From: an uncultured Thiotrichaceae bacterium
GTDB taxonomy: Bacteria; Pseudomonadota; Gammaproteobacteria; SZUA-229
DNA: 58,955 nt
NCBI GenBank assembly: GCA_964651445.1
Contig: CAZYYW010000003.1
Coordinates: forward strand, 1-58,955
Direction: 5' to 3'
The position numbers and the translations under genes were made by a program. The notes under the pieces were generated by a model. That model did not search any database. It was not told where the DNA came from and worked only from the letters and a program-made list of their open reading frames with translations. Of this stretch, positions 33,568 through 45,500 are shown one piece after another (the stretch's first letter is position 1; each line of letters starts with the position of its first letter).

Positions 33568-34107
33568 CTATGTAATTGTCACGTCCCGATGTCTTACGGG
33601 CGGCTTGTAATCTGAATCACCTTCGACAGGCTGTCTGGCAATGGTATTGGTGCGGCGAATTTTGTTTTGCAGTTGTATGATGCCGTACAAAAGCGCTTCG
33701 GCAGTCGGCGGGCAACCCGGCACATAAATATCAACCGGCACGATGCGGTCACAACCACGCACCACGGAATAGGAATAGTGATAATAGCCACCACCATTGG
33801 CACAGGAACCCATGGAGATAACCCAACGCGGCTCTGCCATCTGGTCATACACTTTACGCAGTGCCGGTGCCATTTTATTGCACAGCGTACCGGCAACGAT
33901 CATTACGTCTGATTGCCGAGGACTAGGGCGAAACAACATGCCAAAGCGATCCAAGTCATAACGCGAAGCGCCTGCTTGCATCATCTCAACGGCACAACAA
34001 GCCAGACCAAACGTCATTGGCCACATAGAACCGGTACGCGCCCAGTTGATTAAGGAGTCAGCCGAGGTGGTAACAAAGCCTTTATCAAGAACGCCTTCTA
34101 TTCCCAT
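33568..34107 (-). CDS. nuoB: NADH-quinone oxidoreductase subunit B
   Basis: GLACCAVEM and PGCPP motifs. Likely start ATG 34107. Confidence 0.97.
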   Translation of the reverse strand: MGIEGVLDKGFVTTSADSLINWARTGSMWPMTFGLACCAVEMMQAGASRYDLDRFGMLFRPSPRQSDVMIVAGTLCNKMAPALRKVYDQMAEPRWVISMGSCANGGGYYHYSYSVVRGCDRIVPVDIYVPGCPPTAEALLYGIIQLQNKIRRTNTIARQPVEGDSDYKPPVRHRDVTIT

Positions 34108-34457
34108 TCCAGCGCTCCTTTTTTCCATTCGTAGATAAAGCCGATAATCAGGATACCAAGAAAGATGCCCATCGCCAGCATGCCGGGCAGACCAATTTCA
34201 TCGAGCGAGACCGCCCACGGAACCAGAAATGCAATTTCTAAGTCAAAGATAATAAATAGGATTGCGACCAGATAATAACGCACGTCGAATTTTAAGCGGG
34301 CATCTTCGAATGCTTCGAAACCACACTCAAAAGGGGAGTTTTTTGCAGGGTTTGGCTTCGAGGGTGCCAGCACAAATCCGCCAACAAACATGGCGCCAAC
34401 ACCAACCAACATGCCGATGATGAGAAATATCAATACTGGCAAATAATTTTCGAGCAT
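34098..34457 (-). CDS. nuoA: NADH-quinone oxidoreductase subunit A
   Basis: FECGFE and [12 protein letters not shown] motifs, C-terminal KKGALEWE. Confidence 0.97.
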   Translation of the reverse strand: MLENYLPVLIFLIIGMLVGVGAMFVGGFVLAPSKPNPAKNSPFECGFEAFEDARLKFDVRYYLVAILFIIFDLEIAFLVPWAVSLDEIGLPGMLAMGIFLGILIIGFIYEWKKGALEWE

Positions 34458-34598
34458 AGTTTGAACCCTTTGGTTGTAACGTCTGCGATCAAAATTTTCA
34501 AACGTTACACATTCGGCACATCATGCACCTTAATTATAGTTTTTACGTTAGCTTCTTGCTACGTTGATTTTTTGCACATCAATTTTTTATTTCAAATT

Positions 34599-34683
34599 TG
34601 GTGCCGATGGCCGGAGTTGAACCGGCACAGCTTACGCCACTACCCCCTCAAGATAGCGTGTCTACCAATTCCACCACATCGGC
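34599..34683 (-). tRNA. tRNA-Leu (GAG)
   Basis: 85 nt with long variable arm, anticodon arm CTATC-TTGAGGG-GGTAG, CCA end; usual position after secG. Confidence 0.96.
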
Positions 34684-34758
34684 TACGATACCTTATTCGA
34701 CCAAGCTGAGCATTGACCAAACCGACCCTATGAACCAGCTTGCTTGCTAACTAACTTA

Positions 34759-35145
34759 CTAGTTTGCTGGTTCGGGGACGTCACTCGCTGGTACAACGAG
34801 TTGAAATCCATCTGCGGCAGGAACGTCTGCGGCAGGGATTTCCGTACTAATTTCTGTGCTCGGCGCGATTAGCGCATCCAGCACACTGTCTGTATTGATG
34901 TCACGGTTGGCTGCCAGATAAGCCAGTACCAGGCTATTGATAAAGAAACCAATGGCAAAAACAGCGGTTGTCTTGCTGAGGAAGTTAGAAGAGCCAGAGG
35001 CACCAAAAACACTGCCGGCACCACCGCCGCCGCCACCGCCGCCAAAAGCAGCGCCTGCTGTTGCACCCGCGCCTTTTTGTAATAGTACTAGCGTAATAAT
35101 GCCTAGCGATAAAAACACATGTAAAACGAGAAGAATAATGTCCAC
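34759..35145 (-). CDS. secG: Preprotein translocase subunit SecG
   Basis: VLLQKGAGATAGAAFG...FGASGSSNFLSKTTA motif. Confidence 0.95.
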   Translation of the reverse strand: MDIILLVLHVFLSLGIITLVLLQKGAGATAGAAFGGGGGGGGAGSVFGASGSSNFLSKTTAVFAIGFFINSLVLAYLAANRDINTDSVLDALIAPSTEISTEIPAADVPAADGFQLVVPASDVPEPAN

Positions 35146-35271
35146 TAAAAAAACCTGTCTAGATTATATTTTGTAATTATAAGGCTATCGTTTAAAGCGA
35201 TAAAAATTGACTGAGCCAGCAAGCTCTACTGCCCTGCCTTCTATTGATCAGCCGCTACTAACCAGCCAATA

Positions 35272-36021
35272 CTAACCAGCTTGGCAAATCGCCAGAAAAT
35301 CGTCCGCTTTCAATGATGCGCCACCAATTAGACCACCATCAATGTCCGGCTGACCAATTAATTCTTTGGCGTTGCCAGGATTCATGCTGCCACCGTACAA
35401 AATGCGCAAACCTTCGGCGACTTCTGCATTCAAGGCAGCGATTTTACCACGAATAAAGGCATGTACTTCCTGCGCCTGTTCTGGTGTCGCTACTTTGCCA
35501 GTACCAATTGCCCATACAGGCTCATAGGCGATAACGCCGTCAGCCAGTGCTTCCACACCTTCTAAAGCGATAACCGCATCAATCTGACGGGCGCATACAT
35601 CGTTGGTGATGCCGGATTCACGTTCTTCCAGTGTTTCACCAATGCAAAAAATCGGCTTGATGCCATTACGGCGGGCGGCAGCAAAGCGTTTTGCTACCAG
35701 CTCATCGGTTTCACCGTACAGTGCGCGGCGTTCCGAGTGACCGACAATAGCGTATTCACAACCGGTATCTTTAAGCATATCAGCAGAAATTTCACCGGTA
35801 AACGCGCCTTTGTCTTCATCACAGACATTTTGGCCACCCACTTTTATGGCTGAACCATCAGCAGCGCCAGAGACGCTAGCAATGTAGACCGCAGGAGGGC
35901 AAACAACGACTTCGGTGTTGCTTACTGACGCAATGCCTTCCTTGATACCAGTGATTAAATCTTTAACCGATTCGCTGGAACCGTTCATTTTCCAGTTACC
36001 TGCTACCATCACCTGCCGCAT
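35272..36021 (-). CDS. tpiA: Triosephosphate isomerase
   Basis: AGNWKMN and AYEPVWAIGTG motifs. Start ATG 36021 with GGAGAA SD. Confidence 0.98.
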   Translation of the reverse strand: MRQVMVAGNWKMNGSSESVKDLITGIKEGIASVSNTEVVVCPPAVYIASVSGAADGSAIKVGGQNVCDEDKGAFTGEISADMLKDTGCEYAIVGHSERRALYGETDELVAKRFAAARRNGIKPIFCIGETLEERESGITNDVCARQIDAVIALEGVEALADGVIAYEPVWAIGTGKVATPEQAQEVHAFIRGKIAALNAEVAEGLRILYGGSMNPGNAKELIGQPDIDGGLIGGASLKADDFLAICQAG

Positions 36022-36173
36022 TACATTCTCCAACCATGTTTTAAAGGCTGTGAAGGATACCTGTCGGGGGCAAATAAATCAATGACGATAAGGCTTATTT
36101 ATGGCAAGGGGTTATAGATTTTACTTATCAGGCAATAGAATAAACAAAGACAACATGTTTTTAGTGTTGCGTT

Positions 36174-37574
36174 TTACGCCGCCTGAGAGGCTTGCTCAAC
36201 CTGTGCAGCAATGTCGTTTGCCAATTGTGACACCAGTAAATCATCCTCACCCTCGACCATGACACGGATCAGTGGCTCAGTGCCTGAAGGCCGTAACAAG
36301 ACGCGGCCGCGACCGTTGAGTTTTTCCTCAGCGCGGGCAACTGCTTGCAGTACCACGGCAGATTGCATAGGGTCCGCCATGTCTTGATTAACAGCAGCGG
36401 ACAATGGCACGTTAATCATGATTTGCGGAAATTTCTTCATGCCGGACTTGGCTTCATGTAGGGTCAATTTTTCTTTTGCCAGATACGCCAACACCTGCAA
36501 GGCGGAGACAATACCGTCACCCGTGGTGGTTCGATCCAGACAAATAATATGCCCCGAAGACTCGCCACCCACTGTCCAGCCATTTTTGTTCATGGTTTCC
36601 AGCACATAGCGATCACCCACTTTACTCCGCTCAAAGCCAACGCCAAGTTCTTTAACAGCGATTTCCATGCCCAAGTTGGACATCAGGGTACCGACCACAC
36701 CGCCGATTTTTTCGCCATCACTTAAACGCGAACGAGCAATGATATAAAGCAACTCATCACCATCGACCACCTCACCTTTATGATCGACCATCAACACGCG
36801 GTCACCATCACCATCAAAGGCAATACCGAGGTCAGCCGCTTCGACTTTAACACGGGTAATCAAATGCTCAGGCGAGGTTGAGCCGCATTCAAAATTAATA
36901 TTCAGACCATCGGGTTTATTACCAATGGCAATAACCTCTGCACCCAACTCGGTAAAGACCTTGGGCGCGATATCGTAAGTCGCGCCGTTGGAGCAATCCA
37001 GCACCACTTTCAAGCCATTAAAACGTACGCTCATGGGAATACTGGCTTTGCAGGCTTCGATATAACGCCCTTCTGCATCCACCACTCGATGTGCCTTGCC
37101 TAACGTGGCAGAGTCAACGATTTCCATCTCCGTCTCAAACATGGCTTCTATGGCATGCTCAATCTCATCGTCCAGTTTTTCACCCATTGGCGAAAAGAAC
37201 TTGAGGCCATTATCATAATACGGATTATGTGAAGCACTGATAACAATGCCCGCCGAAGCGCGCAAAGTACGTGTTAGGTAGGCAATGCCCGGCGTTGGCA
37301 TCGGGCCTAGCAATTCGATATCGACGCCTGCGGCAGACAGACCAGCCTCTAAGGCGGATTCAAACATGTAACCCGATATTCGGGTATCTTTGCCGATGAC
37401 AACTTTGTTGATTTGATTTGTGTGAGTGGAGCCGGCTCCATGTGGGGCATTTTTTTCATGACACGCTAAAACACGGCCAACCGCCCACCCCAGTTTCATC
37501 ACTTTTTCCGGCGTCATTAAACCGCTGCCAACTCTGCCGCGTATGCCGTCTGTTCCAAAATATTTCTTTGTCAT
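36174..37574 (-). CDS. glmM: Phosphoglucosamine mutase
   Basis: [15 protein letters not shown] and FDGDGDR motifs. Confidence 0.97.
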   Translation of the reverse strand: MTKKYFGTDGIRGRVGSGLMTPEKVMKLGWAVGRVLACHEKNAPHGAGSTHTNQINKVVIGKDTRISGYMFESALEAGLSAAGVDIELLGPMPTPGIAYLTRTLRASAGIVISASHNPYYDNGLKFFSPMGEKLDDEIEHAIEAMFETEMEIVDSATLGKAHRVVDAEGRYIEACKASIPMSVRFNGLKVVLDCSNGATYDIAPKVFTELGAEVIAIGNKPDGLNINFECGSTSPEHLITRVKVEAADLGIAFDGDGDRVLMVDHKGEVVDGDELLYIIARSRLSDGEKIGGVVGTLMSNLGMEIAVKELGVGFERSKVGDRYVLETMNKNGWTVGGESSGHIICLDRTTTGDGIVSALQVLAYLAKEKLTLHEAKSGMKKFPQIMINVPLSAAVNQDMADPMQSAVVLQAVARAEEKLNGRGRVLLRPSGTEPLIRVMVEGEDDLLVSQLANDIAAQVEQASQAA

Positions 37575-37629
37575 AGTTCCGCCTTACTTTCTAAATTTGA
37601 TTTCGCTCGCCAAACTATCCCACTCGGCG

Positions 37630-38448
37630 TTAGCATTCCACAGCAGCGCATAACTTCAGCGCATCACAGGTTTCAGCCACATCATGCACCCGAAAAAAAC
37701 GGGCACCTTTGTAATAGGTAATAACCGCGGCCGATGTGCTCGCCACCATTCGGTCACTAACGGCTCTGCCCAACAACATACCAAACATGCTTTTTCTGGA
37801 AACACCGACTAACACTGGATAGTCCAGCGCACAAAACTGCTGCATTTCTTTTAGTAAATATAGGTTATTTTCCAGTGTTTTGCCAAAACCAAAGCCCGGA
37901 TCAATAATAATATTGTGTTTTGTGATGCCGTTCTCACAACAGAGTGCGGCTCGCGCCAGTAAATACTGTTTTATATCGCCAACCACATCGCTGTAGTCAG
38001 GATTTTGCTGCATGGTTTGCGGCTCGCCCTGCTTATGCATCAAACACACCGCCACTTGCTGCTCGGCGCAGACGGCAATCGCGCCTTCTTCCTGCAGTGC
38101 ATTTATATCGTTGACCATGGTGGCTCCGGCGGCAACCGCCGCCTGCATTACCGAAGGTTTGCTGGTATCAATCGAAATAAGAACATCAGAATTTTGTCGA
38201 ATTTTTTCGATGACGGGAATAACACGATTTAGCTCTTCATCCAGGCTCACCGGCGTGGCACCTGGGCGAGTCGATTCACCACCAATATCAATGATCGCAG
38301 CACCTTGCTGCTGCATTAACAGCGCTCGCCTGAGTGCGTTATCCAGAGAGTTATACTGACCACCATCCGAAAAGGAGTCAGGCGTGGTGTTGAGGATTCC
38401 CATAACCGCCCAGTGACCGGAGCGAATTTTATTCAGCAGTGCTTGCAT
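37630..38448 (-). CDS. folP: Dihydropteroate synthase
   Basis: GILNTTPDSFSDGG, DIGGESTRPG and DPGFGFGK motifs. Confidence 0.97.
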   Translation of the reverse strand: MQALLNKIRSGHWAVMGILNTTPDSFSDGGQYNSLDNALRRALLMQQQGAAIIDIGGESTRPGATPVSLDEELNRVIPVIEKIRQNSDVLISIDTSKPSVMQAAVAAGATMVNDINALQEEGAIAVCAEQQVAVCLMHKQGEPQTMQQNPDYSDVVGDIKQYLLARAALCCENGITKHNIIIDPGFGFGKTLENNLYLLKEMQQFCALDYPVLVGVSRKSMFGMLLGRAVSDRMVASTSAAVITYYKGARFFRVHDVAETCDALKLCAAVEC

Positions 38449-38581
38449 CAGCGCAGAGAGGTTTTTGGCTTTTTATCATTGCTCAACAACTAAGAGGGGG
38501 TGGAATCAATTTAAAATGACCCCTCCCCCCGCAGATCTGTTCTTGATCAAGGATCAAGAACAAAAAATCAGTAACGTCTTT

Positions 38582-40546
38582 TTAATGCTGCCCTGCCGGC
38601 CCACCAATGGTGCCATCACTGGAATCCTTTTCCTGCTTCTTGTCCTGTTTTTTGTCCTGCTTTTCATCCTGTTTATTTTCAGGCGTAGAACCATTCGTAT
38701 CGTCATCATCCATATCGACCCAGTCTTTTGGCGCAGGCACTTCTTTACCCGCCATCAGCGCATCAATCTGGTGAGCGTCTATGGTCTCATACTTCATTAA
38801 GGCATCGGTCATGGTGTGCAATACAGCCACATTATCTTTCAATAAAGCTTCCGCACGTTTGTAGTTAGCGTCAATCAAGGTACGAATTTCTTCATCAATA
38901 ATACGCGCAGTATCGTCACCCAAATTTTTATGCTGAGTGACGGAACGACCCAGAAATATTTCGCCTTCATCTTCTGAATAAGTCAGCGGTCCCAAGCGAT
39001 CTGACAAGCCCCATTTGGTTACCATATTGCGCGCAATTTCAGTGGCGCGTTCAATATCATTGGAAGCGCCGGTGGTTACGCTGTCTTTGCCATAAATCAG
39101 TTCTTCTGCAATACGACCACCAAATAAACTGGAGATTTGACTCTCCAGAAACTGCTTACTCATGCTGTAACGATCTTCTTCTGGTAAGAACATGGTGACA
39201 CCGAGAGCACGACCACGTGGAATAATACTGACCTTATAGACGGGGTCATGTTCTGGCACTAAACGACCAACAATGGCGTGCCCAGCTTCATGGTAAGCCG
39301 TTAGTTTTTTCTCTTTTTCAGACATCACCATGGAGCGACGCTCAGTGCCCATCATAATTTTGTCTTTAGCACGTTCAAAATGCGACATATTGACGTCTTT
39401 GCAGTTTTCGCGCGCAGCAAACAAGGCGGCTTCGTTAACCAAATTCGCCAGATCAGCACCGGAGAACCCAGGTGTACCACGGGCAATGATCGCCAGTTTG
39501 ACATCAGGACTCTCAGGGACTTTGCGAATATGCACTTTAAGAATTTGCTCACGGCCACGAATATCCGGCAGTGGTACCACAACCTGACGGTCAAAACGAC
39601 CCGGTCTTAGTAATGCGGGGTCTAATACGTCGGGACGGTTGGTGGCGGCAATAACGATAACGCCTTCATTGCCTTCAAAGCCATCCATTTCGACCAACAA
39701 CTGATTCAAGGTTTGCTCACGTTCATCATGACCCCCGCCTACACCAGCACCACGATGGCGACCAACCGCATCAATTTCATCAATAAAGATAATACACGGT
39801 GCGTGTTTTTTAGCAGTTTCAAACATGTCGCGCACCCGTGATGCACCGACACCGACAAACATCTCCACAAAGTCAGAACCTGAAATGGTGAAGAAAGGCA
39901 CTTTGGCTTCGCCAGCAATGGCTCTTGCCAGCAAGGTTTTACCGGTACCCGGTGAGCCGACCATCAACACACCACTGGGAATCTTGCCGCCCAGTTTTTG
40001 GAATTTAGTTGGGTCTTTCAAAAAGTCGACCAGCTCCGCCACTTCTTCTTTGGCTTCTTCTGCACCGGCGACATCTTTGAAGGATACTTTTATTTCATCT
40101 TCGCCCAACATACGCGCTTTGCTTTTACCAAAGGACATGGCACCACGACCACCGCCACCGCCCTGCATTTGGCGCATAAAGAAAATCCAGATACCGATGA
40201 GTAATAAGAACGGGAACCATGAGATAAAGATGGTCATCAACAATGATTGACCTTCAGGTGGCGCGGCCATGATTTCTACATTATTGTCCAGCAGATCACC
40301 AATCATCGCAGTATTGCTGGTTTCAGGACTATAGGTATTAAATGTGCTGCCCGTATTGGTTTTACCCTTAATTTCACGGCCTTCAATTGACACCTGCGCC
40401 ACTTGCTTTGCCTTTATCATTTGCACAAAGGTAGAGTAAGGCAGCGTTTGGGTAGTGCTCGTTTGCTTACTGAAATTACTAAAAACAGACAACAACACAA
40501 TCGCAATAACTGCCCATAAAACCAAATTTTTTGCTAGATCGTTCAA
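38582..40546 (-). CDS. ftsH: ATP-dependent zinc metalloprotease FtsH
   Basis: GSPGTGKT Walker A, SRH motif and HEAGH zinc site. Confidence 0.98.
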   Translation of the reverse strand: MNDLAKNLVLWAVIAIVLLSVFSNFSKQTSTTQTLPYSTFVQMIKAKQVAQVSIEGREIKGKTNTGSTFNTYSPETSNTAMIGDLLDNNVEIMAAPPEGQSLLMTIFISWFPFLLLIGIWIFFMRQMQGGGGGRGAMSFGKSKARMLGEDEIKVSFKDVAGAEEAKEEVAELVDFLKDPTKFQKLGGKIPSGVLMVGSPGTGKTLLARAIAGEAKVPFFTISGSDFVEMFVGVGASRVRDMFETAKKHAPCIIFIDEIDAVGRHRGAGVGGGHDEREQTLNQLLVEMDGFEGNEGVIVIAATNRPDVLDPALLRPGRFDRQVVVPLPDIRGREQILKVHIRKVPESPDVKLAIIARGTPGFSGADLANLVNEAALFAARENCKDVNMSHFERAKDKIMMGTERRSMVMSEKEKKLTAYHEAGHAIVGRLVPEHDPVYKVSIIPRGRALGVTMFLPEEDRYSMSKQFLESQISSLFGGRIAEELIYGKDSVTTGASNDIERATEIARNMVTKWGLSDRLGPLTYSEDEGEIFLGRSVTQHKNLGDDTARIIDEEIRTLIDANYKRAEALLKDNVAVLHTMTDALMKYETIDAHQIDALMAGKEVPAPKDWVDMDDDDTNGSTPENKQDEKQDKKQDKKQEKDSSDGTIGGPAGQH

Positions 40547-40700
40547 TTGATCACTCCAGATAACATTCGCTTTAGCGCGAACTAAAAACTATTAGACTCT
40601 TTATAAGCCAAATTTACACCACTTTGAGGTCCGTTACCACTTCTAACAACGGACTTCGGCGTATTTGTTGTGCTCAAAAATCAGCCAAAAATGACTATTT

Positions 40701-41321
40701 TCACTTCTTAAAACCGGTAGCCAAGGCATACATCTCTCGACTTCGCGCCCTCGAAGCCTTCGGCTTTCGCATGACGACCTTTGAAAAACTGGCTTTGAGT
40801 TCTTTGCTGTAAGCATCAAAACCCTCGCCCTGAAATAACTTTACCAGCAAAGCGCCGCCCGGTTTTAACACCTGCCGCGCCAAATCCAGTGCTAGATCAC
40901 ACAAATAATAGGCGCGCGGCATATCAACCGAGTCCATGCCACTTATATTGGGGGCCATATCGGAAATAACAAGGTCTGCCTGTTTTGTTTCCATTACTGA
41001 CATAAGTGATTCAAAAACCGTGTCTTCACGAAAATCACCTTGTATGATGGTGACACCGTCTATTGGTTCCATTGGCAAAATATCCAGCGCCACAATGCGG
41101 CCTTTGTTCCCCAGTTTTTTGACACAGTATTCTGACCATCCACCGGGTGCAGCACCCAGATCAATGATGATCATTCCGGGTTTTAGCAGGCGATCTTTTT
41201 TATCGATCTCGATAAGTTTGTAAATCGCGCGCGAACGATAACCATCCTGCTGTGAGCGACGCACATATTCATCATCGAAATGTTCTTTTAACCAGGACTT
41301 ACTGCTTTTGCTTTTTGCCAT
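40701..41321 (-). CDS. rlmE: 23S rRNA Um2552 methyltransferase RlmE (FtsJ)
   Basis: [10 protein letters not shown] and [10 protein letters not shown] motifs. True start ATG 41321 ([10 protein letters not shown]). Confidence 0.97.
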   Translation of the reverse strand: MAKSKSSKSWLKEHFDDEYVRRSQQDGYRSRAIYKLIEIDKKDRLLKPGMIIIDLGAAPGGWSEYCVKKLGNKGRIVALDILPMEPIDGVTIIQGDFREDTVFESLMSVMETKQADLVISDMAPNISGMDSVDMPRAYYLCDLALDLARQVLKPGGALLVKLFQGEGFDAYSKELKASFSKVVMRKPKASRARSREMYALATGFKK

Positions 41322-41336
41322 GTTTTTTATTTTTTT

Positions 41337-41416
41337 CCGCAAATGGTCGCTCTTACACATCCATGTGTCCGCGACATTAGTGCTGTCCTTGCACGTCAAC
41401 GCGAATAAACGCAAAT
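41337..41416 (+). repeat. 10-nt periodic arm (CGCAAATGGA/CGCGAATAAA/CGCAAAT) interrupted by a 52-nt GGA-hairpin element (41347-41398)
   Basis: Removing 41347-41398 restores CCGCAAATGGACGCGAATAAACGCAAAT. The insert is homologous to 41968-42017. Confidence 0.75.
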
Positions 41417-41492
41417 AAAAAACGAATTAATTTTTTATTTTATTGGTACAGATATCACCGACATGGCGCAAAAAAGTGTTTATTGCCCTTAG

Positions 41493-41520
41493 CTGCCTAC
41501 TGCAAACTGCCTATTACCGA
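41493..41520 (+). repeat. Heptamer array directly after the yhbY stop codon
   Basis: CTGCCTA CTGCAAA CTGCCTA TTACCGA. Confidence 0.55.
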
Positions 41521-41820
41521 CTATTTCCTCGGTAATTCTATGATAGCTTGGTCGGGATTAACACGATAAACCGACAAGGTTTTGCCTATCGACTGCACTT
41601 CTTGTGACTGACTTTGCTCGCAGATATCAGCAATCATCTGTTTTCGCTGTTCGCGGTCATCGACAGACAGTTTTATTTTCACCAATTCGTGGTGCAGCAG
41701 TGCAATTTCAAGCTCCGCTAACACTTCTTCCGTTAGGCCTTTTTGCCCCAACATGATAACGGCTTTTAAGCTGTGACACTTTGCGCGTAAAAATTTAATT
41801 TGTTTTTTTGACAGGGACAT
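41521..41820 (-). CDS. yhbY: RNA-binding ribosome assembly protein YhbY (CRM domain)
   Basis: LRAKCHSLKAVIMLGQKGLT and HELVKIK motifs. Start ATG 41820. Confidence 0.95.
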   Translation of the reverse strand: MSLSKKQIKFLRAKCHSLKAVIMLGQKGLTEEVLAELEIALLHHELVKIKLSVDDREQRKQMIADICEQSQSQEVQSIGKTLSVYRVNPDQAIIELPRK

Positions 41821-41840
41821 AAGAAAACTCCAAAATATAT

Positions 41841-42030
41841 TTTGCCGCGAAGGACGCAAAAAGCGCAAAAGAAAACAAAGTTATCATTTCAAAAACACTC
41901 ACCTGGGTAACGGCCGCAGCAAATAAAAATTTTAATAATGATCCGTTTATATTTGCGTTTTTTGCACTGACGTGCATGGATGCACTAATGTCGCGGGCGC
42001 ATGGAGCGCAGGAGCGACCTTCGCGGCAAA
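41841..42030. mobile_element. Gene-less cassette bounded by 30-bp periodic inverted repeats; the right arm carries a 50-nt insertion
   Basis: Left arm TTTGCCGCGAAGGACGCAAAAAGCGCAAAA (41841-41870). The right arm (41951-41967 plus 42018-42030) aligns ungapped at 26/30 once 41968-42017 is removed. Confidence 0.7.
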
Positions 42031-42039
42031 AAAATGCTT

Positions 42040-42516
42040 TTAAATATATTTAATATCAACAATTTCCAGCGAGCGCAGCCCACCGGGTGTCTTCACTTCT
42101 GCAACGTCGCCTTCTTCTTTACCAATCAAGGCGCGGGCAATCGGCGAACCGACTGAGATCATGTCGTTTTTAATATCGGCTTCATCTTCACCAACGATTT
42201 GATAGGTCATTTCATCACCGGTTTCCTCATCGGCGACATCGACCGTGGCACCAAAAACCACTTTGCCGTTGGCATTCACCGTGGTGACATCAATGATGGT
42301 GGCATTGCCCAGCTTGCCTTCTATATCTTTAATGCGACCTTCAATAAAACCCTGCTGTTCACGCGCCGCATGGTATTCAGCATTTTCTTTCAGGTCACCG
42401 TGCTCACGCGCGGTAGCAATGTCTTCGATCACTTTTGGGCGATCAGTTGACTTCAGCTGATAAAGTTCATCCTGTAATTTTTTTGCACCGCCTACGGTGA
42501 TTGGTACTTTATTCAC
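42040..42516 (-). CDS. greA: Transcription elongation factor GreA
   Basis: [18 protein letters not shown] motif. Confidence 0.98.
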   Translation of the reverse strand: MNKVPITVGGAKKLQDELYQLKSTDRPKVIEDIATAREHGDLKENAEYHAAREQQGFIEGRIKDIEGKLGNATIIDVTTVNANGKVVFGATVDVADEETGDEMTYQIVGEDEADIKNDMISVGSPIARALIGKEEGDVAEVKTPGGLRSLEIVDIKYI

Positions 42517-45500
42517 GCTATTGTCTCTTGTGTCTGTTTAATTGTTTTGTGCAAATCTTGTAACTTTGTAATTGAATTCATTTGCAAATAATCCAGCGCT
42601 CGAACGGTGGCATTGGCACCCGCGATGGTGGTAGTGTAACTCACCTTGTGCTGTAGTGCAGAGGAGCGAATGGTGTAGGAGTCACTAATGGCTTTCTTGC
42701 CTTCTGTGGTATTTATGATTAGCGCAATATCACCATTTTTTATCATATCCACGATATGCGGCCGACCTTCATACACTTTATTGGCTACTTTGCATTCAAT
42801 GCCAGCGGCGCTTAAAACACCGGCAGTACCGCTAGTGGCTACCAACTTAAAACCTTTAGCAACCAATTCTTTACCTAGAAAAACCGCCTGCTCGCGGTCA
42901 CGTTCACGTACACTGATAAAAACTCGACCTTTAGTTGGCAACTCTACACCCGCACCAATCTGTGCTTTCGCAAAGGCCATGCCAAAGCTCTCCCCAATCC
43001 CCATGACTTCTCCAGTGGACTTCATTTCCGGCCCTAATAGTGGATCGACGCCGGGGAATTTCACAAAGGGGAATACCGATTCTTTTACCGCATAGGTTTT
43101 AGGCACAACTTCTGCGCCTACGCCTTGCTGCTTTAAAGAAATACCTGCCATACAACGCGCGGCAATTTTTGCCAGTGGTACACCCGTGGCTTTGGAAACA
43201 AACGGCACGGTACGTGATGCACGTGGATTTACTTCCAGTAGATAGATATTGAAATTCGGTTTATCCTTCTCTTGCTGCTCACTTTGTGGCTGTTCGCTAA
43301 ATTGTATCGCAAACTGAATATTCATTAAACCAACAACGCCTAATTTCAAGGCTAACTGACGGGTTTGCACGCGCAATTGATCTTGCACTTCAGCGGATAA
43401 TGAATACGGCGGTAAGGAACAAGCAGAATCACCGGAGTGTACACCGGCTTGTTCTATGTGTTCCATAATGCTGCCGATCAAAACTTGTTCACCATCGCAA
43501 ATGGCATCGACATCAACTTCTACTGCATCGTCAAGAAAACGGTCGAGCAATACGGGCGCATCGTTGGACACGCTAACCGCATTTTTCATGTAATACTTCA
43601 AGTCGGTTTCGTTGTACACGATTTCCATAGCGCGACCACCCAAAACGTAAGAAGGTCTGACCACCAGAGGAAAACCAATTTCAGCAGCCCCTTTTACGGC
43701 TTCTTCTGTGGAACGTGCCAGGCGATTTGGTGGTTGCTTCAATCCCAACTCGTTAACTATTTGCTGAAAGCGTTCACGGTCTTCCGCCAGATCAATACAA
43801 TCGGGCGTGGTGCCAATAACCGGTACGCCAGCGGCTTCGAGATCACGCGCCAGCTTTAACGGCGTTTGCCCACCATACTGAACGATAACCCCTTTGGGTT
43901 TTTCGATGTCCATTACTTCCAGCACATCTTCTAGCGTCAGTGGCTCAAAATAAAGACGGTCGGAGGTATCATAGTCCGTTGATACGGTTTCCGGATTGCA
44001 GTTAATCATGATGGTTTCATAACCGTCATCGCGCATGGCAAAGGCAGCATGTACACAACAGTAATCAAACTCGATACCTTGGCCAATGCGGTTGGGACCG
44101 CCACCTAAGACAACAATTTTTTCTCGGTCAGTGGGCTGCGCTTCGCACTCTTCTTCATAAGTAGAATACAGGTAAGCCGTAGCCGTAGAAAATTCTGCGG
44201 CACAGGTATCGACACGTTTGTACACCGGTCGAATACCCAGTGATTGGCGATATTCACGCATGGCTTTTTCGTCAACTTTTAGCAAGCCAGCAAGGCGGCT
44301 GTCTGAAAAGCCTTTGCGTTTCAGAGCAAATAAATCTTCTTTGGACAGGTTGTTTAGTGCCTCGCCTTGCGCTGCCCTTTTGTCTAGCGCCAACTCTTCT
44401 TTGATGAGGTCTTCTATTTGCACTAAAAACCAGGGGTCGATTTTTGTCAGGTTGAACAGCTTTTCATTCGAGTAACCGCGGCGGTAGGCATCACCGAGGT
44501 ACAACAAACGATCAGCACCGGGAAGACTTAATTCCTGATTCAAGAATGACTCAATTTCATCTTCTGCCATGTCTGGGTCGAGCGCCGGGCTAAGGCCATC
44601 AATATCGATCTCAAGGCCACGCAAGGCTTTTTGCAGCGACTCCTGAAAGGTACGACCAATTGCCATCACTTCGCCGACGGATTTCATCTGCGTGGTCAGG
44701 CGGTTTTCAGCTTGCGGAAATTTCTCGAAGGTGAAACGCGGAATTTTTGTTACCACGTAATCTATCGCTGGCTCAAACGATGCCGGTGTTGCGCCACCGG
44801 TAATTTCGTTCTGCAATTCATCCAATGTGTAACCAATCGCCAGCTTGGCGGCAATTTTGGCAATGGGAAAACCAGTAGCTTTGGATGCCAACGCCGAGGA
44901 GCGAGATACCCGTGGATTCATCTCGATGATGGTCATTCGACCATCCGCTGGATTCACCGAAAACTGCACGTTGGAGCCACCGGTTTCGACGCCAATTTTA
45001 CGCAATACGGCAATCGACGCATCACGCATCTGCTGGTATTCTTTATCGGTTAGGGTTTGCGCGGGCGCGACGGTAATCGAATCGCCAGTATGAATCCCCA
45101 TTGGGTCGAGGTTTTCAATTGAACAGATAATGATGCAGTTGTCGTTCTTGTCACGCACCACTTCCATCTCGTATTCTTTCCAACCGAGAATGGACTCTTC
45201 AACCAGCAACTCATTAACCGGCGACAAGTCCAGACCACGGTGGCAAATTTCTTCAAATTCTTCCTTGTTATAGGCAATGCCACCGCCACTGCCGCCCATG
45301 GTGAAGGAAGGCCGAACGATGGTGGGGTAGCCGACCTGCGCTTGCACCTGAAAGGCTTCTTCCATGCTGTGCGCAATAGCGGCACGCGGCATGTCGAGAC
45401 CAATTTCTTCCATCGCTATCTTAAATTTTTCACGGTCTTCCGCCATGTCGATAGCATCTTTACTGGCACCGATCATCTCGACGCCAAATTTTTCCAGAAT

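Noticed and set aside
34564-34582. FNR box upstream of nuoA (TTGAT...ATCAA)
   Set aside because: The spacer is 9 nt rather than the required 4.
38494-38562. Two hairpins between ftsH and folP as a terminator
   Set aside because: The 11-bp TGTTCTTGATC/GATCAAGAACA stem has its U-tract on the wrong side for the minus-strand operon; probably REP-like, and too little evidence to assign.
40701-41414. N-terminally extended RlmE from the ORF track
   Set aside because: The extension is just the open frame through the inserted repeat; homology begins at MAKSKSS (41321). The track extensions of nuoD, nuoB, yhbY, wzt and the WbsX-like gene were trimmed for the same lack of homology.
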